The position numbers and the translations under genes were made by a program. The notes beneath the pieces are model-generated. The model was given only the letters and a program-made list of their open reading frames with translations, did no database searches and was not told the origin of the DNA. 64,000 bases of DNA from an uncultured Acidobacteriaceae bacterium. GTDB lineage: Bacteria; Acidobacteriota; Terriglobia; Terriglobales; Acidobacteriaceae. Positions within the stretch are counted from its first letter, which is position 1; every line of letters begins with the position of its first letter. Shown here piece by piece: positions 63,406 to 64,000 of the stretch. The stretch spans positions 140,030-204,029 of the forward strand of contig CAWFUU010000017.1 of assembly GCA_963819035.1 (NCBI GenBank), read 5' to 3'.

Positions 63406-64000
63406 TCAGGGCACCACGAAGGCTACTTTGGTGGAGAGGGTTTCTTTGGGAGTTGTAACTTGCACGACGCCCTTCTTCGCCCCGACAGGAACAAACGTGG
63501 TGATTTCGGTATCCGAGTTGACAGTGAATTGTGCCGGTAACCCGTTGAAAGTGACGTGCGTCGCTCCGGTCAAACCTTGGCCGAGAATGAGCACTCTGGC
63601 GCCTATTCCACGTAACGGGGGAACGGTCGTGATGAATGGGCCCAAGCCTGTCGAGAGACTGAATATCGAGGCCGGCTCATTTGCGTAAGGGAACGAGCCG
63701 GTTGTTGTCCCATAGAAAGTTCCGGTTGTAGCTTGCATCAGCGTGAGATTGGCGGCGTTACCCGGACCGAAGTCGTGCAGACTGGTCAGCACGCCTCTTG
63801 GAGCGATTTCGAAGAGCACCGAGTCGCCTTGAATAGCATTCGCGAAGATCCCGCTTGCGCCTCCGTAAAAGCTGCCATTTGCCCCAAGCACCAGCCCTGT
63901 GTCCGGATTGCTGCCAGCGGAACAATTTGTAGCGAAGTCATACAAGGTCTGAAACGTGCGGCCCCCGGGGCTGATCACGAAAATTGTGCCAGTGTTGTAG
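63406..64000 (-). CDS. Gloeo_Verruco (GloVer) repeat protein with C-terminal IPT/TIG-like domain, C-terminal part (5' end outside the window)
   Basis: The frame stays open to the window edge (...YNTGTIFVISPGGRTFQTLYDF). The C-terminus (VLILGQGLTGATHVTFNGLPAQF) parallels the 13166-14614 protein. Confidence 0.8.
   Translation of the reverse strand, partial: YNTGTIFVISPGGRTFQTLYDFATNCSAGSNPDTGLVLGANGSFYGGASGIFANAIQGDSVLFEIAPRGVLTSLHDFGPGNAANLTLMQATTGTFYGTTTGSFPYANEPASIFSLSTGLGPFITTVPPLRGIGARVLILGQGLTGATHVTFNGLPAQFTVNSDTEITTFVPVGAKKGVVQVTTPKETLSTKVAFVVP

Overview
High-GC (about 60% by eye) bacterial chromosomal segment. I found about 50 protein-coding genes and no rRNA, tRNA or CRISPR array. The gene content looks Acidobacteriota-like (inference): Gloeo_Verruco (GloVer) repeat proteins, a CarboxypepD_reg-type TonB-dependent receptor, MacB-like permease paralogues, a TPR Ser/Thr kinase, and many REP-like hairpins flanked by CCACA. 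Clear housekeeping genes are acs, pnp, rpsO, thrC, thrB, a Cys/Met-metabolism PLP enzyme, an M16 peptidase pair, a LigD polymerase-domain protein, AsmA, transporters and regulators. The most interesting region is a lower-GC, repeat- and IS-scarred island (about 20.7-26.0 kb) next to rpsO. It carries a tightly coupled three-gene cassette: a sensor-less histidine kinase, a stand-alone receiver, and a receiver fused to a CAP12/PycTIR-type TIR-like effector domain. This looks like a candidate phosphorylation-gated TIR effector system. It is flanked by an orphan ParD-like antitoxin, 143-bp MITE-like repeats, an unrecognisable 229-aa gene, and head-to-head 5'-truncated remnants of a PD-(D/E)XK endonuclease and an IS481-type transposase. 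Second theme: at least six single-base frame disruptions hit otherwise intact genes, including thrB and the metB-like gene. This points to assembly indels rather than real pseudogenes. Third theme: several intergenic repeat families, namely REP/REPIN hairpins, heptamer and octamer tandem arrays, and GGCTAAAGCC hairpins, one of which sits in-frame inside a CDS. All family calls come from motif recognition by eye; no searches were run.
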